A stretch of DNA of 64,000 nt, from assembly GCF_037042905.1 (NCBI RefSeq), contig NC_087249.1, positions 8,000,001 through 8,064,000 on the forward strand. Direction: 5' to 3'. The notes below the pieces were generated by a model. The model ran no database searches. It worked only from the letters and a program-made list of their open reading frames with translations, and was not told where the DNA came from. The translations under genes and the position numbers were made by a program. Positions 1 to 13,229 of this stretch are shown here, in pieces (the first letter of the stretch is position 1; each line of letters starts with the position of its first letter). This DNA is from Lytechinus pictus (lineage: Eukaryota).

Positions 1-25
1 GTGAAGAGGACGTATTACGTTGCAG
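1..25 (+). CDS. REEP5: REEP5/6 coding exon 1, 3' end only (VKRTYYVA-G); 5' part outside the window
   Basis: GTG AAG AGG ACG TAT TAC GTT GCA G|gtaaat; resembles REEP5 'GVNRSFIALG'; phase-1 donor joins exon 2 as G|GT. Confidence 0.8.
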
Positions 26-305
26 GTAAATTTTGTACACGGGATTAATCATGTGTGCGAATAATGAATGAATGAAAATCCGTTTACTTGATCAGAAGAA
101 GGCAGCATGCAAATCACGTCCATTGGCCATAATGGGGACATGTAAATTTCAAGGAGTATCTTGTACTTTTGTAGATCGTTGTGTGCCTAAAACTTTAATA
201 CAACACATTGCCCTTTGAGTCGTATCAGTCTGAAATTAGAATGAAGAAAAGTTCCTCAAAAATTATCCGTCTGAGCTGCGCGCCTGATGACAGGTGAGTG
301 ACTAA

Positions 306-763
306 CCCAGGGAGCTTACCGTGTATTTTACCATACTCACAGGACTAGGGTGATTTATGGTCTAAATATTTCTCCAAATGAATTGTGAAAACAGAAATTA
401 TGCACTTACCACGATTATATGGATGAAGGTCTAACGAGTGGCAGTTTCCTGACATCTGGGCACAAACTGGAACCTAAAAAAAAAACGAAAAGTTCTCTCC
501 TTTTACCCCAGTCTCGATCGGCCATTTTGTTACAATTCATAACAAAAATGGCCGATCGAGACGGGGGTAGAAGGAGAGAACTTTCCGTTTTTTGAGGTTC
601 CAGTCTGTGCCCAGATGTCAGGAAACTGCCACTCGTTAGACCTTCATCCATATAATCGTGGTAAGTGCATAATTTCTGTTTTCACAATTAATTTGGAGAA
701 ATATTTAGACCATAAATCACCCTAGTCCCGTGAGTATGGTAAAATACACGGTAAGCTCCTGGG
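306..763. mobile_element. Fold-back element/MITE forming a near-perfect ~458-bp palindrome
   Basis: ~230-bp arms reverse-complementary with few mismatches; inner boundary TA|CCGTG...CACGG|TA (319-751) is Tc1/pogo-like. Confidence 0.85.
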
Positions 764-957
764 CTCCGGCCCGCTGCGCGGGCCGGAGCTCCCTGGGTAA
801 GTGAGTGACCTGTGCTGCAGTGCTGATTCGACTGGTTTATATTTTTTATAAGACACGAATGAGAGTCAAAAGTTGTGAAAAGCATAAAATATTTTTATTT
901 TCAATTTCAATTTCAGGTGGCTGTCACAAAAGGAACTCTTCCCTTTCAGGCATTTAA

Positions 958-1541
958 AGGAGAATGAAACCCTTGAAACCAGCTGAATCCATATCAAAGA
1001 GAAAAATCAAAGAAACATATTGTTGAAAGTTTGAGGAAGATTAAATGAATAATAAGAAAGTTATGAGCATTTGAATATTGAGATCACTAGTGCCATGTAG
1101 ATCCTCCCATCGGCAATGCGACCAAGATCCGTGATATCACACACGTACAACTCCCTCATTACTTTAGTACTTATTTCACTTATATTCTCACTTTTATAGA
1201 GTCTATCACAAGGTGAGGTGTTCTCTGTATGAGATGACAAGTACAGAGGTTCGTACAACATTATATCATTGATGAATCGTTTGTCATATGATTAGAATGA
1301 GCAAAAAGAGATGTTTTGGGGTATATTTTCAGTGTCCAAATGGGAGAGTTGTACGTGTGTGACATCACAGATCTTGGTCGCATTGCCAATGGGAGGATCT
1401 CCATAGCATTAGTGATCTCGACATTCAAATGCTCATAACTCTTTTATTGCTAGTCCTATTTTACTCAAAGTTTTGTTGATCTTATTCTTTGATTTTTCTG
1501 CTTTCACAAAAGCTAACTTGCTCCAAGAGTTTCATTCTCCT
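958..1541. mobile_element. Kolobok-like MITE, family A copy 1 (584 bp)
   Basis: TTAA|AGGAGAATGAAAC...GTTTCATTCTCCT|TTAA; near-identical copy at 23217-23800. Confidence 0.85.
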
Positions 1542-2713
1542 TTAATGACCAGTACGGTACTAGAAAAATTGGATTAATTGTGTATGAAAGGGGCACCAAT
1601 TTTTTTTCTCAATCTTTTCATATGTCGAAACCAATGGCAATGGCAAATGGGGCCTATGCTCTTGATTCTAATATATGAAATTGAAATGGGCTGAACATTT
1701 ATATTGTTGGGGATGTGTTTTAGATCCCTTTTAGTTTGGTGGCTTGTAAATTATTCCTGAGTTTGCAACGGCCAGGTATTGGAACAAAAATTGACAGAAA
1801 ACAGCGCAGTGAGTGACCGAATACTGGGCATGTTACCCAATTCTTTATCACTTTCAACACTAAACGTCAAATCTCTGAATTTTTCGGTGATTCTTTGTGG
1901 AAGTCGAAATGTGAATATTGTAACCACAGGTCAGAGTTTCTGTTTTTATATGTCTCTTAGAAAGGGCCCCTTGATCGAGCATGAGACTTGTGTGTCCCGA
2001 CAGGTTGTGTGTCTGGACAATCGATTCTAAACAGCCATTTGGAAATGTTAGCAGGAAAATTTCAATCAAGTTTTAGTATTTAAAGCAATATTATACAGAG
2101 GTAAGAGAGCCAAACTGAAGAAGATTACATACAACTATTGAATACATATTTTTTTTGTAATCCAAAGCCAAAAAGAAGGCTTCAAAATTTTAAAGTGTCT
2201 TGACACCCCAGCCCATCGTACATGTATGGTATCCTACAAAGTCAGTGATTCGAGTTTAAAAGATAAGGTATTTCGTAGGCTACATGCATCTTTCAAGTTC
2301 CAGGCATAGGCGTGCAAGAAGCGGTTACAAATAAAACCCTGTCCCTTTATAAAACTTTAAAAGGAAAAGATTTTTAAAGATATTTCATTTTGATCGGGCA
2401 GCCAATATTTTCATGTTATATCACAAACTGTTTGTGTACATCCTCTAGTCTAGAGCATTGACTTGGGGAGGGATGGATTTACCAAAACTTAAAGTAGGCT
2501 CTAATTCTAAATATTCACTTCTGTATGAACAGTTTTAGACTTGCTTCTGGGATTTAGCCTGATATAAAAGGGGGCATGAAAACATATAATCTATTAAAAA
2601 ATGTGTCATAAACTTATAATTTCTTCAAAATTTTCTGCTCCTAGTTAAAAGGAAATTCTCGTAAAAAATCATGCAAGTACCCCCACGCCCACATTGAAAG
2701 AAAAAAAAAATGA

Positions 2714-3046
2714 TACTAGCTATTATATACGGTAGTGCTTTTCCATAATGGCCCAAAGCGCATTACAGCATATTATTACCCCGGCCATCGGATCCTTGCA
2801 TGCCCGCATACAATGTATGTACCTTCTCCATTCCCTGGGGAGCATTCCAACAAGAGTTCCAAGACTCAACTGCTAGGCATACTTCATAGGCTTTCACATC
2901 CTACTGGGTACCCATTTACCACCTGGGTCGAGAGTGGCAAAGTGTGGATTAACGCCTTGCCAAAGGATGCTAGACCGTGGTGGGATTCGAAAACACGACC
3001 CTCTGTTTTCAAGGCGAGAGTCAGAACCACTACACCACGGCTCTTG
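2714..3046 (-). mobile_element. tRNA-derived SINE, near full length; related fragments near 19005-19140, 43680-43845, 46500-46780, 50950-51155, 54190-54420, 55570-55815
   Basis: Minus-strand head with A-box-like GTGGTGTAGTGG and B-box-like TTCGAATCCC; shared core CACCTGGGT..AGAGTGGCAAA; (ATT)n-type tails in several copies. Confidence 0.75.
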
Positions 3047-4658
3047 GAAAATTAAGTTTGATCCACCAATAAATACCAAAGAAAAAATTACGTGTGGGCT
3101 CAGAGCGATTTAGCCCACCAATAAGCCCTCAAGAGCCCTGGAATTAAAAAAAAGAACCCCTGTGAATTCCCATATATGGTCCAGTGTAAACTGTAATACA
3201 ATGTAGAAAATTTAGACTGGAAGCTACATTTTTTTAAGTAGTCCCAACTGCAGTTGTGTCAAACCCTGTCCCCATTGGCATTAATATAGCTAGGCTCTAA
3301 ACTAACTTTTTCTTGGTGGCCCGATTAGTCCACCAATATCATTAATATCACAATTTTGGTGGCCTGCAAACAAATTTGGTGGCCCTAAAATAATAGAAAA
3401 CAATACAATTTATCCAAACTTTGGTAGCCAACTGGGCCACCAAGTTTGGGCTTTTACAGAAATTTGGTGGCCCGACTCTAATTTTTGGTTCCCTGGGCCA
3501 CTGCTAATGTCAAGCCTTGAACATGTTATGTAGGGTAGATAAAAAACTGGAATATGAATGGAAGTTATTATGCTCAAATTGGTACCTTTCCATACTGCAC
3601 TGTACTCCTATACATCGTAACTTTGCAACTTGTAAGCCTCAAAATTGTTCACAAATAAACCACGTGTTGAGCACAAGATCTGGTATGCCCTAATGGGTCA
3701 TATGACTTCCGCCATAATGCTGGGAAATCATTTGATTTGGCCAATTTCCTTCCCTTGTACATGTATTTTTTTTTCTAGTTCTCTATTTCCTTTCTTTCTT
3801 TCCATAGATCTTCCCTTCCACCTTTCCCCCCCTCATCCCCTATATTTTTTTTCAAACTCTCCCCCTTTTTTATTGCTGTTTTACTCAATTGCTTTTCTAA
3901 CAGTCCCGGATCTCACCAAGACATTTGCAAAATTTAAAGGTTCCTATCATCATTGAGCTGCAGTCTTTAAATTATGCCAACATTTATATAAAAATAGCAT
4001 TGAGCAGTATTGATTATGTACAAGAAACAATTTAAAATAACATTTAAAAAAAGCTAAATTTTTACATCTATAGGCCTATGGTGTGATAATTTTCTCCATT
4101 TTTACCTCAATGCACAGCTACGTGTATTTTGAAATAAAAATTGACAAATAATCAAGTAAAGGCTTTCCAAAATTTATATACAGTGTATTCTGTGAGCACC
4201 TGTGTGCTTGCTCTCACATAGCTCGGAGGGAAGGGAGATGAAATTGATTTTATAAGAATTTGGTTGGTCTACAGCTTATGAAAGTTGATTCTAGCTGTTT
4301 TTTAATAGTGAATCATCATTTCCCTGATATGATCTACATGTACATACATGTGCTGCACTCACAGAGTTCATGAGGTACTCTTCCTCACTCACGCCTACAC
4401 ACAAGGATTGCAAAGTTCTGTGGTCTCAAATAATTGACAGATCTATGACAAGGCATTCATTCTGTGTACAGAGCATGCTGCTTATTCATGAACCACTAAT
4501 AGTGACTTTGAGAAAAGGGCATTTTCTGTCTCCTACATTTATGCAGTACTAGTAGCACAGAATTTATGCAGGTGTTTACAGTATTAAAAATTACTGTGTT
4601 GTGCCTGTACATGTTGCCCTCATAATTCGATATTTAGTTTCAATGTCAAACCTACAAC

Positions 4659-5739
4659 CTCTCTTACTGTGCAATTCTCAATGGTCTCCTATCTCGGGTA
4701 AAAAATGAAAGCATCTTGCAAATAAGTGGAAGAACATGTTTATCGTGAAGTTTTTGGTTAAAAAATGCAGAGAGATTGAAACTAAGCCGGAGCCAATTCT
4801 CGCTACCCCAAATAGCGATTTCGCCGAGATCCGGGAAAATCCCTGTAACGTGCATTGCATTATGGGATAGCTTTTTCGGTATTACAACTTCCTGTTCGGA
4901 AGTCCAATGCACTGTTTTGCCATTCAGATCAACAGTGCCGTCATGCACAACAACACAACGTCGCTTTCGCTCTGAAAGTTCGTGATCACAACCCTCTCTT
5001 TCACGATACAGTTTAACAGTTTTACAGCCTTTTCTGCTAAAGTCACTAATTCTGCCCGACGCTTTCCATTGCACGGTATTCATCTGTCAGTTAAGATTTT
5101 TTTAAGTTCCGAAACTGATTTTTATCCATTTTGTGGTCGACCAAAAATTGAACGAAATTAATGCTGTATATATTTAGCGTCTAGTTGAATACAATCGTGA
5201 TGTCAGGCCGGTCGCTAAATGCAAAATTTTTAGATATTCATTATTTGTTTGATTTTTTATAACCAAATAAAAACATGAATAAAAATTATTTTCACGAGAA
5301 ATATATATTTTTTATTTTATTCATAATTCAAATGGAATCAAAACTGACCAAATGTAATAAAAAGTATTATACTCTGTACATATTACGCTGATTGGCATCG
5401 ATTTCAGCGTGGTGGAAAACTCAGTATCGCGAACCTCGCGCGAGCATGACTCTAAACCGGAAGTGGTGATGACGACCCGACGGAGTGAAAATTATCTCGT
5501 CTCGCGCATTATGAGATTTTTGTTCCTATTTGGGGTAGCAAGAATTGAATATGCCTACAGGTATAATCATCCAGTTCTTTTTAATTGAAGCTATTTCCTT
5601 TGATATTGGATAATGAGTTTTCATTTGTTTACCAGTAAGTAAACATTTATTCACACATACAATGCATGCATGTGATATGGAGATGCATGTGATATGGAGC
5701 TCCATGTGTGCACGGAGCTCCATGTGTACAGTGGAGAGG
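4659..5739. mobile_element. Degenerate non-autonomous DNA element, possibly piggyBac-like
   Basis: Imperfect TIRs CCTCTCTTACTGTGCA / TGTACAGTGGAGAGG; CpG-rich interior; no credible ORF. Confidence 0.4.
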
Positions 5740-6440
5740 CTTTTACATGTACATGTACGTGTAGGCCTACTTGTTCATTAAACTAGCCTAAAATCTGTAT
5801 GTACATGTATATGTATGGGTGACAGCAGTCTGCAGTTAATTGAGGGATCTGTGCAATACTGCATTGATTATAACCCATGATTCACTCCATATCCCAGGTT
5901 CAGTCAAGCAATGCACTGTCTCTCCCATACAAAGAAGTATGTGACTTTAATACACATTGTGTTCTTTGCCCCACCCCCGCATGTATGCCACTATTGAAAT
6001 TTGGGATCTGAACCAGAATATTTGTTTAAAACCTAAAGGTGATGTCATTGTGGATTCCTCAATTATTTTCTAGTAGTAGTCTGCGTGCACAGACTCTCAC
6101 AATCTACCAACACTCACAGAGAACATGAGAGCATAATTTTCCCATTATATGACCCCCTACCCCCCCACAAAATGGGGTTTAGAGGGAAGTCCTGACCCCC
6201 CCCCTCTCCATGCCTGATGCGCATACCATATTGACCTGAATTATTATCTGTATAAAAAAATGATTCATTTGGGTCCTTAGAGAAGCCTATAATATCCTCA
6301 TTGTTAGATTGTGTATAAAAATGCTGACTGAAAACGGTTACAAAGTAAATGTATTGAATTGCAAAATAAGGTAATTACTCAATCACTTCAAAAGTTCAAA
6401 GGGTAGGTTTTAGTGTCGGCCTTTTGAGTTTCAGAATATA

Positions 6441-6929
6441 GATGTGAAGTCCACCCCACAAAAATATTGATTTGAATAAATAGAAAAAATCAAACTAGCA
6501 ATACGCTGAAAATTTCATCAAAAACGGATGTAAAATAAGAAAGTTATGACATTTTAAAGTTTTGCTTATTTTTCACAAAACAGTGATATGCACAACTGAA
6601 ATGAGACAGTCGATGATGTCCCTCACTCACTATTTCTTTTGTTTTTATTGTTTGAATTATACAATATTTCATTTTTTATAGATTTGAGAATAAGGACCAA
6701 CTTGACTGAATCATATAGTATTTAACAATGCTCATTCCACATATTCAGGGAGGATTTTATCGTTGTTTCACTTGACAATGAGGAGAAAAATAGGATACAT
6801 TGTGAAATTAAGCAAAACTTTAAAATGTCATAAATTTTACATCCGATTTTGATGAAATTTTCAGTGTGATGCTTGTTGGATTTTTCTCTTTTTATTCAAA
6901 TCAACTTTTTGTTGGGGTGGACTTGTCCT
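6441..6929. mobile_element. Kolobok-like MITE, family B
   Basis: Long TIRs ending GGGGTGGACTTGTCCT|TTAA; similar to 10054-10640 and ~53215-53580. Confidence 0.75.
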
Positions 6930-7323
6930 TTAAAAATAGCTTTAAAGAAACTGGGAGACAATGATGATGAAATATCCATGTTTCTATAAAAACTGATGAC
7001 CTTTAAACTGAAATTACATGTAGATGTACATGTACCTACATGTATTAGTTTGTCTACTGACCAAGGTTAAGTGGTCAATAATTAACTTGGTTCATACCTT
7101 TATACATAAAGGAGCATCAATTCTGCTCCAAAAGAATGGAACTATAATTCGTAATCACTTAAATGGACAGATTATCCTACTGATAAGTACTGCATACATA
7201 GTGTAGTCTGCTTTCTCCAGACCTTATTTTTCATCTCATACAGTGTACATGTCTGTATGTACTGTTGTCCTTTCCCCCTTTCTTTTATACTGCCAACACA
7301 TTCAGTAAAAGTGATACGGTAGT

Positions 7324-7506
7324 CAGGGGTGTGAGAGTTCAGATTTTTAGCTGATTTCAGATTTTTTTGTTTTGATTTTCAGTTTAATTTCAGCTTATTT
7401 TGGGCTTTCTTCTGTACAAAAACTATGGGAGCTCTTTCTATTTCAGACTTTTTCAACACTTCAGCTTTTTTCAGATCTTTTTATATGTGACCACTCACAC
7501 CCCTGG
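7324..7506. mobile_element. Short MITE with CAGGGGTGTGAG / CTCACACCCCTG TIRs (hAT-like ends)
   Basis: 12-bp TIRs; internal TTTCAG repeats; no clear TSD. Confidence 0.55.
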
Positions 7507-9257
7507 TAAAATCATCATCATCCCATAATACAGAGATCTGCATGTATATGTACAATAAGAGGGAAAAATTGATATATCATTAATAGAGGTATAAATAAAG
7601 AAAATTGTCATAATGGGTGATTTCATAACATAGTTTTTACATGATAATTACAGGTACAGTAATGCTTTCAGATATGGTAATAAGAGGGAAAATATATAAT
7701 TTCACACGTGCTGTACATATTATATACAAGGATCGCAGCCTTCATGTAATATACAGTTTTTATTTCAATATTTTGGACAGATTAAACCGACACCCCTGTA
7801 TTTTTGCAGTCCAAATGATCAGTAAACGTCTGATCGTTGTCCAATTTTCAGCAAACTCATTTGCGTAGAAACGTACAATCAACAACGTATAGTCACCTCC
7901 AGTCTAGACTCTGCCATACCATTCTATTTGTTCGCTCTTAATTAGCAAACATCACTAGGCGATCCTCTTTGCCTTTGTACCTATATGTTAATTAACTACA
8001 TATGCGCACAGGTTGTATGTAATTACAAAAAGAGTACAATGTGCACAGAATTAATAAATTGTGAACAGCCTCTATTGCAGATGTCTGCCTAAAATATATT
8101 GCAATCGAACACTAATTAAACATCAGCAAATTATGCTCGAGTCAACTTAAAAAAATGAAACCAAACGATGGATAGTATTGGATATCTGCATAATATTAAA
8201 CTATTATTATATTAAGCTAGACTGGAATTATTTGCATATTTAAAAGGCACTACACTGCCATATCAGGGACTCGTAACACAAAGTTCAATGATTTTATTAT
8301 CAGTTGATTTTTACGACCAATTGCACATAATGATCAATGCAGTGAACTATAAGATTCTGCCTTACGATCAACAGGTAAGCATTGTGTAAAGGGGGCTTCT
8401 TTATAATAGTATCCCTATACAGTATGTGAAGGTTATATGCTGCAGGATACAGGGTACCAAATCAATCAATTAAAGGAATTTGATATTCAACAGATGGCCG
8501 TACTTCAAACTCATTGTTTAATGTAAATTGGTCACGCCTCTTCAGATTCTATCCATTCAGTCCTTTACACATGGCTGTAGTGAAGAAAAACCCAGCATTT
8601 TAAATGCATTCATAACTAGGCTGTTGGAACTTGCTGCGTATTGAGACTTCATTTGTATTAACTGGTCATTAGGAATTGAGGAGATACATGTAACTGGAAT
8701 TTGCATCTGAATGTTCCATCTGATGTAGATGTAGAAGATTGCATTACTTGCTTTTAGAAGGGTGTTTAGGCTTCAGATATTCAAAGCAAACAAAGGTTTT
8801 GGATTGATTCAAGAAAAATAAAAAGATTGGTAGCTTTGACGCACAATGAGCCAAAGCTAATCACCTTTTAGGTTTTAAGGTTGTTTTTCCTCTTGTTATC
8901 TGATTTGGTTAGCATGTGCTGACTTGAGGTGACTAGGGCTCTGTCCTACAGGAATTAGTAAGACCAAGGGAAACCATTTTGGGGAGTGACTCGTGAGTTT
9001 GGCATATCCTGTATACGTGGTCGGTAGCAATCGCTCTTGTGCAACAGTCGACGCTGCCAGGATATCCATGGATATATAAATCTGGCTACTGGTTTTGCCA
9101 ATATTCAGTGTAATATTTGGAATCAGTTGATGCTTTATAAATCGGATTAAAACAAGGGATTTACCAGTGTAATACTGATTCTGGCAGAGAGCTGTCGTTG
9201 GAACAAGGTTTCTTTTCTAGGTTGTCTTTTGTGTCTTTTGTTGGATATCATTGAAAC

Positions 9258-9327
9258 ATGGAACACGTACAGAAGCTGAAGGAAGAACTGAACAAACAAC
9301 CTGTCCACATCAGGATTGCTGTGCAAG
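9258..9327 (+). CDS. REEP5: Candidate alternative first coding exon of REEP5 (MEHVQKLKEELNKQPVHIRIAVQ-G)
   Basis: aacATGG start context, in-frame TGA at 9252-9254, 23 open codons, phase-1 donor CAAG|gtatca compatible with exon 2. Confidence 0.55.
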
Positions 9328-9607
9328 GTATCATCTGATGATCTTATGTTTTGAGCAGGTTTGATTTCAAATTAGGACTTTGCTTTCATTGTATAACGTA
9401 GGTAACACAAAAATTAGATTCAGGTTTACTGTCATGTTACTTTATTGTACTCCAGATGTGACACAATACGTACAGGTTTGTTTACTTGTTGCGGTAACAA
9501 TCCCAAATTGCGTGTATGAATGGAAGTGACAACGTGCAAGTTTTGGGTTAAGCCTCATATGTGCTGAATATTCATTTGTACCACTCACACTTGTTGTTCA
9601 CATGGTA

Positions 9608-9716
9608 AATGTATGATGGCTCTGAAGTACGGTCGATCACGACAATAGTCGTAGAGTTAGCGATTTTCATGGCTATGAAGTTGTGTGTGATCGACCGTCC
9701 TTCAGAGCCACCATAC
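9608..9716. repeat. Small inverted-repeat element
   Basis: GTATGATGGCTCTGAAGTACGGTCGATCAC ... GTGATCGACCGTCCTTCAGAGCCACCATAC. Confidence 0.7.
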
Positions 9717-9942
9717 GAATGTGTTGTAGCGGGCAATTTTGCTCATTTCCAATTTGAATACCACATCAAATAAATGAATATGCCTACACTATAGATGGAG
9801 AATGTATGTGTAGCTCCAGTCTTTATACATGTACATGTACAAAATTGTCCAGGTACTTTGCAAGACTAGTAAAATTGGTGTCGAATGAGCAACAATGTGT
9901 TAAAATGTATTTTGTTTATATTATTTTTCATCCAATTATCAG

Positions 9943-10036
9943 GTGTTGTTGCTCTGGTAGGCATCTGGCTTGTGGTTGGTTATGCAGCATCATTTCTTAC
10001 CAGCTTCTTGGGTTTCTTGTATCCAGCATACTGCAG
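9943..10036 (+). CDS. REEP5: REEP5/6 exon 2 (GVVALVGIWLVVGYAASFLTSFLGFLYPAYCS), hydrophobic hairpin
   Basis: atcag| acceptor, |gtattt donor, 94 nt; GFxYPAY family motif. Confidence 0.93.
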
Positions 10037-10053
10037 GTATTTATTCTTCTTAA

Positions 10054-10640
10054 AGGACACCCCAACAAAAAGTTGATTTGAATAAAAAGAGAAAAATCCA
10101 ACGAGCATAACACTGAAAATTTCATCAAAATCGGATGTAAAATAAGAAAGATATGACATTTTAAAGTTTCGCTTAATTTCCCAAACAGTTCTATGCACAT
10201 CCTGGTCGGTTGCAAATGAGGGGACTGATGACATCACTCACTCACTATTTCTTTTGTATTTCATTAATATGAAATATGATTTATTCCCATTTTCTCATTG
10301 TCCTTGAAACAAAGTTTCATTCCTCCCTGAATATGTGGAATTACTATCGCCTTAACATTTTATGGTTCAGTCAAGTTGGTCCCTATTGTCAAATCTGTAA
10401 AAATTGAAATATTCTTTATTTCAAACAATAAAAAACAAAGTGAGGGACATCTTCGACTCTCTCATTTGCATGTCATTGAGTTGTGCATATACGGTAACTG
10501 TTTTGTGAAAAATAAGCGAAACTTTAAAATGTCATAACTTCCTTATTTTACATCCGATTTTGATGAATTTTTCAGCATTATGCTAGTTTGATTTTTCTCT
10601 ATTTATTAAAATCAACATTTTTCTGAGGTGGACTTGACCT
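10054..10640. mobile_element. Kolobok-like MITE, family B, starting 17 nt after the end of REEP5 exon 2
   Basis: TTAA|AGGACA...TGACCT|TTAA; long imperfect TIRs. Confidence 0.8.
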
Positions 10641-12478
10641 TTAAAGGGAAAGTTTTTATTGGGTTTTCATGGTTTTGTGTAACAAATCCCATATAATACA
10701 AGTCATTTAAAATTAAAAAGAAATACGAAAAAATTAAAGAAAAACAGCATACACATTATTAGTTTACATTAGAAAAAGTACAGCTTATCAACAGATAATA
10801 TAAACATGTAGTAAAAGCAGTCACTTTGTCTCTTCTAATGTTCCTCATCCCCTATAGTATTGTAAAGGCAAGAATGTAATAACAGAGGGATAAAATTCAG
10901 GTGATTTATTATTAGAGATTAACAAATTCTATCCTCAGAAGGCATATTAAGATATTCTTCAGTTACAAAAATTAATACCAGATATGTACAGTCAAAATGC
11001 CGGACACTTTGATTTCAGATCAGTGGCGTAAGACCCAAACATTTTGAAATTTGTAAAAGATTTTGACATAGCGGTAATATATTCAGACAATCCTATCCTA
11101 TTTCATCCTTTATCATTTTTCCTGCTGTGCATATTATGAGAAAACAAAAGTGTAATGTTTTGATATTCTCACATAAATATGTTCAAAATCATGAAATGGG
11201 GATAAAACGACGTCTAGGACAGGGTCGTACTGGGCTCGGGACAAACTGCTGAAATACAGGACTTTCCCTTGCAGTCTGGGACGTCTGGTCACCCTTAAAA
11301 GTTCAAACTGACAAAATGTTCAATGTGAAAATTAAAAAAAAAATATTTGAAAAATATTGGTGAAGGTTTGAGGAAAATCCATCAAAGATTAAAAAAGTAC
11401 TTCGAATTTTATTGTTTTGATATGTGACGTCATATGCGAGAAGCTTCTGAATATATCATGTATTAAAAAAATTAAGTGGATGTCATTTTCTACAAAAAAA
11501 TATTGAAAATACAGTATATCAATGGACAAATTACTACTCAGCAGCTCCTGAAAGAAAGTATATTTTATTAATGAACTATTAAAACTTTGAAATTTACACT
11601 GTATGCATTTTATATTACATAACACACATGTACATGTTTGAGGCAGCTGCTCATATAAATAAAAAAATTAAACTTCTTAAACTTCATTAATCTTTGATGG
11701 CTCTTGTCAAACCTTCACAAATGTTTTTTTTAATTAATTTTTACAACAACTTTTTCTTCAGGGTGAACTTCCCCTTTAAAGGAAAATGAATGAAATTGCA
11801 ACCAACATGAATTATTTTATGAGACAGTTTTTAAAATCAAGTTTAATTGTCACCATATTACAAAAGAACGAGATCTAGTACATTCACACAAACTATTAAA
11901 ACTTTGAGAAGTCATGAAATCTTAGCAGAAAGTCAACAACTCTGAAGATTGTCTCTAACACAGAAAAGCATATGTGGGACAGTGTACTAATATTGCTTGG
12001 AAAAAAGACTTGTCACTTTTATGACTGCATTGTGTGTTTTTTTTTTTTTTATTGCTCATTTCTCAGCAATTACACTGTAGGCCTACAGCGAGAAACAGAC
12101 AGTAGATTATTATATCGAAAGTGATTTCATGTAGGCAACATGTTTGGGAATGCGCATAGCGGCCTTGGGATCAATCTTCCAAACCAGTTTGGAAAACCTA
12201 CTCACGATGTTGTTTTCAATACCGCTTTTGCTCATGAAACTAGTTTAAGCGTAGGTGAGGATACAATCGTTCTTCGGGAAGCAATCTTCACACATGTTTC
12301 CTGCAATACTCCTCAGGCTTTGTGTAGAATGCTGACGCTGCGGTTTCATATTTTGCGCAAAGCATGAAAGCCCACTCTGAGCATACCCATAGCAACAAGA
12401 TAATAATAATTGGATTTATGTAGTGCTTTTTCCAGAGGATACAAAGTGCTGTTAATAGCATAAGACAAGTTAAGCGTT

Positions 12479-13210
12479 GGGCAGTTCCAAGGTAACGGAG
12501 TGACATTCAGAAACAAATTTTTAGCATTCAAAGATATCACTCATATTTAAATAGTCACAAAGAAATGGTACCTGACAGTAGTTGCTGAAACCCACTTTTC
12601 AAAATAATAACATTTATTATTTTGATCCACTGAATTAATGAGATATGAATATTCATAAACATGGTTACGGAGTGACGTAAAATTGACATGCATATTTGAG
12701 GAGAAAACATATTGCTCAAACTCTGTGTGTGAACTGTAAATGGCTATCACAATGTTGAGGTATTGATTGGATTCTATGTTGTTCTAGCTTTAATATGCTG
12801 CATTACACTGTACATTAAAAAATGGGTGTATTTTTTTCATTAACTTAAAATATAAACCCATACCCGGTTACGGAGTGACATCTGAAATATTCACACACAG
12901 GCAACGTAAAATGAACTTCAATTTTAAAATTTTCTTTTGATATGATGACGATGTCAAATGATGACCTTCAAATGGATTATCCAAAAGAAAATTTTGCAAA
13001 ACAAGCAATAGTTTTCTGTTAAATTGAAATGAAGTAAAAAACAATATGTGTAGTCCCATGTATAGAATTTTTGTATGGATTCTCCTATAAGGAGATGGGA
13101 TTTCGAATTAGCCACAGATTTTTTTAGTTTTCATAGAAAAATTTGATCCAGATTTGAAATAGAGCCAATATAAATTTTGGGAAAATGTCCACTTTTGCTT
13201 GGAATTGCCC
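12479..13210. mobile_element. Non-autonomous DNA element with GGGCA termini (Sola2-like)
   Basis: TIRs GGGCAGTTCCAAG / CTTGGAATTGCCC; three GGTWACGGAGTGAC repeats; flanks cgtt/cttt. Confidence 0.6.
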
Positions 13211-13229
13211 CTTTATATACCAGGTAAGT

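Noticed and set aside
1061..1261. Repeated 64-66-aa ORF (also 23320-23514) as a small gene family
   Set aside because: Both lie inside copies of the same MITE
2975..3046. tRNA gene (also near 36135 and 44960)
   Set aside because: A/B boxes run into SINE bodies; no intact cloverleaf
4664..5083. 139-aa ORF as a transposase or nested gene
   Set aside because: No recognisable motif; overlapping ORFs in several frames are expected in GC-richer repeat DNA
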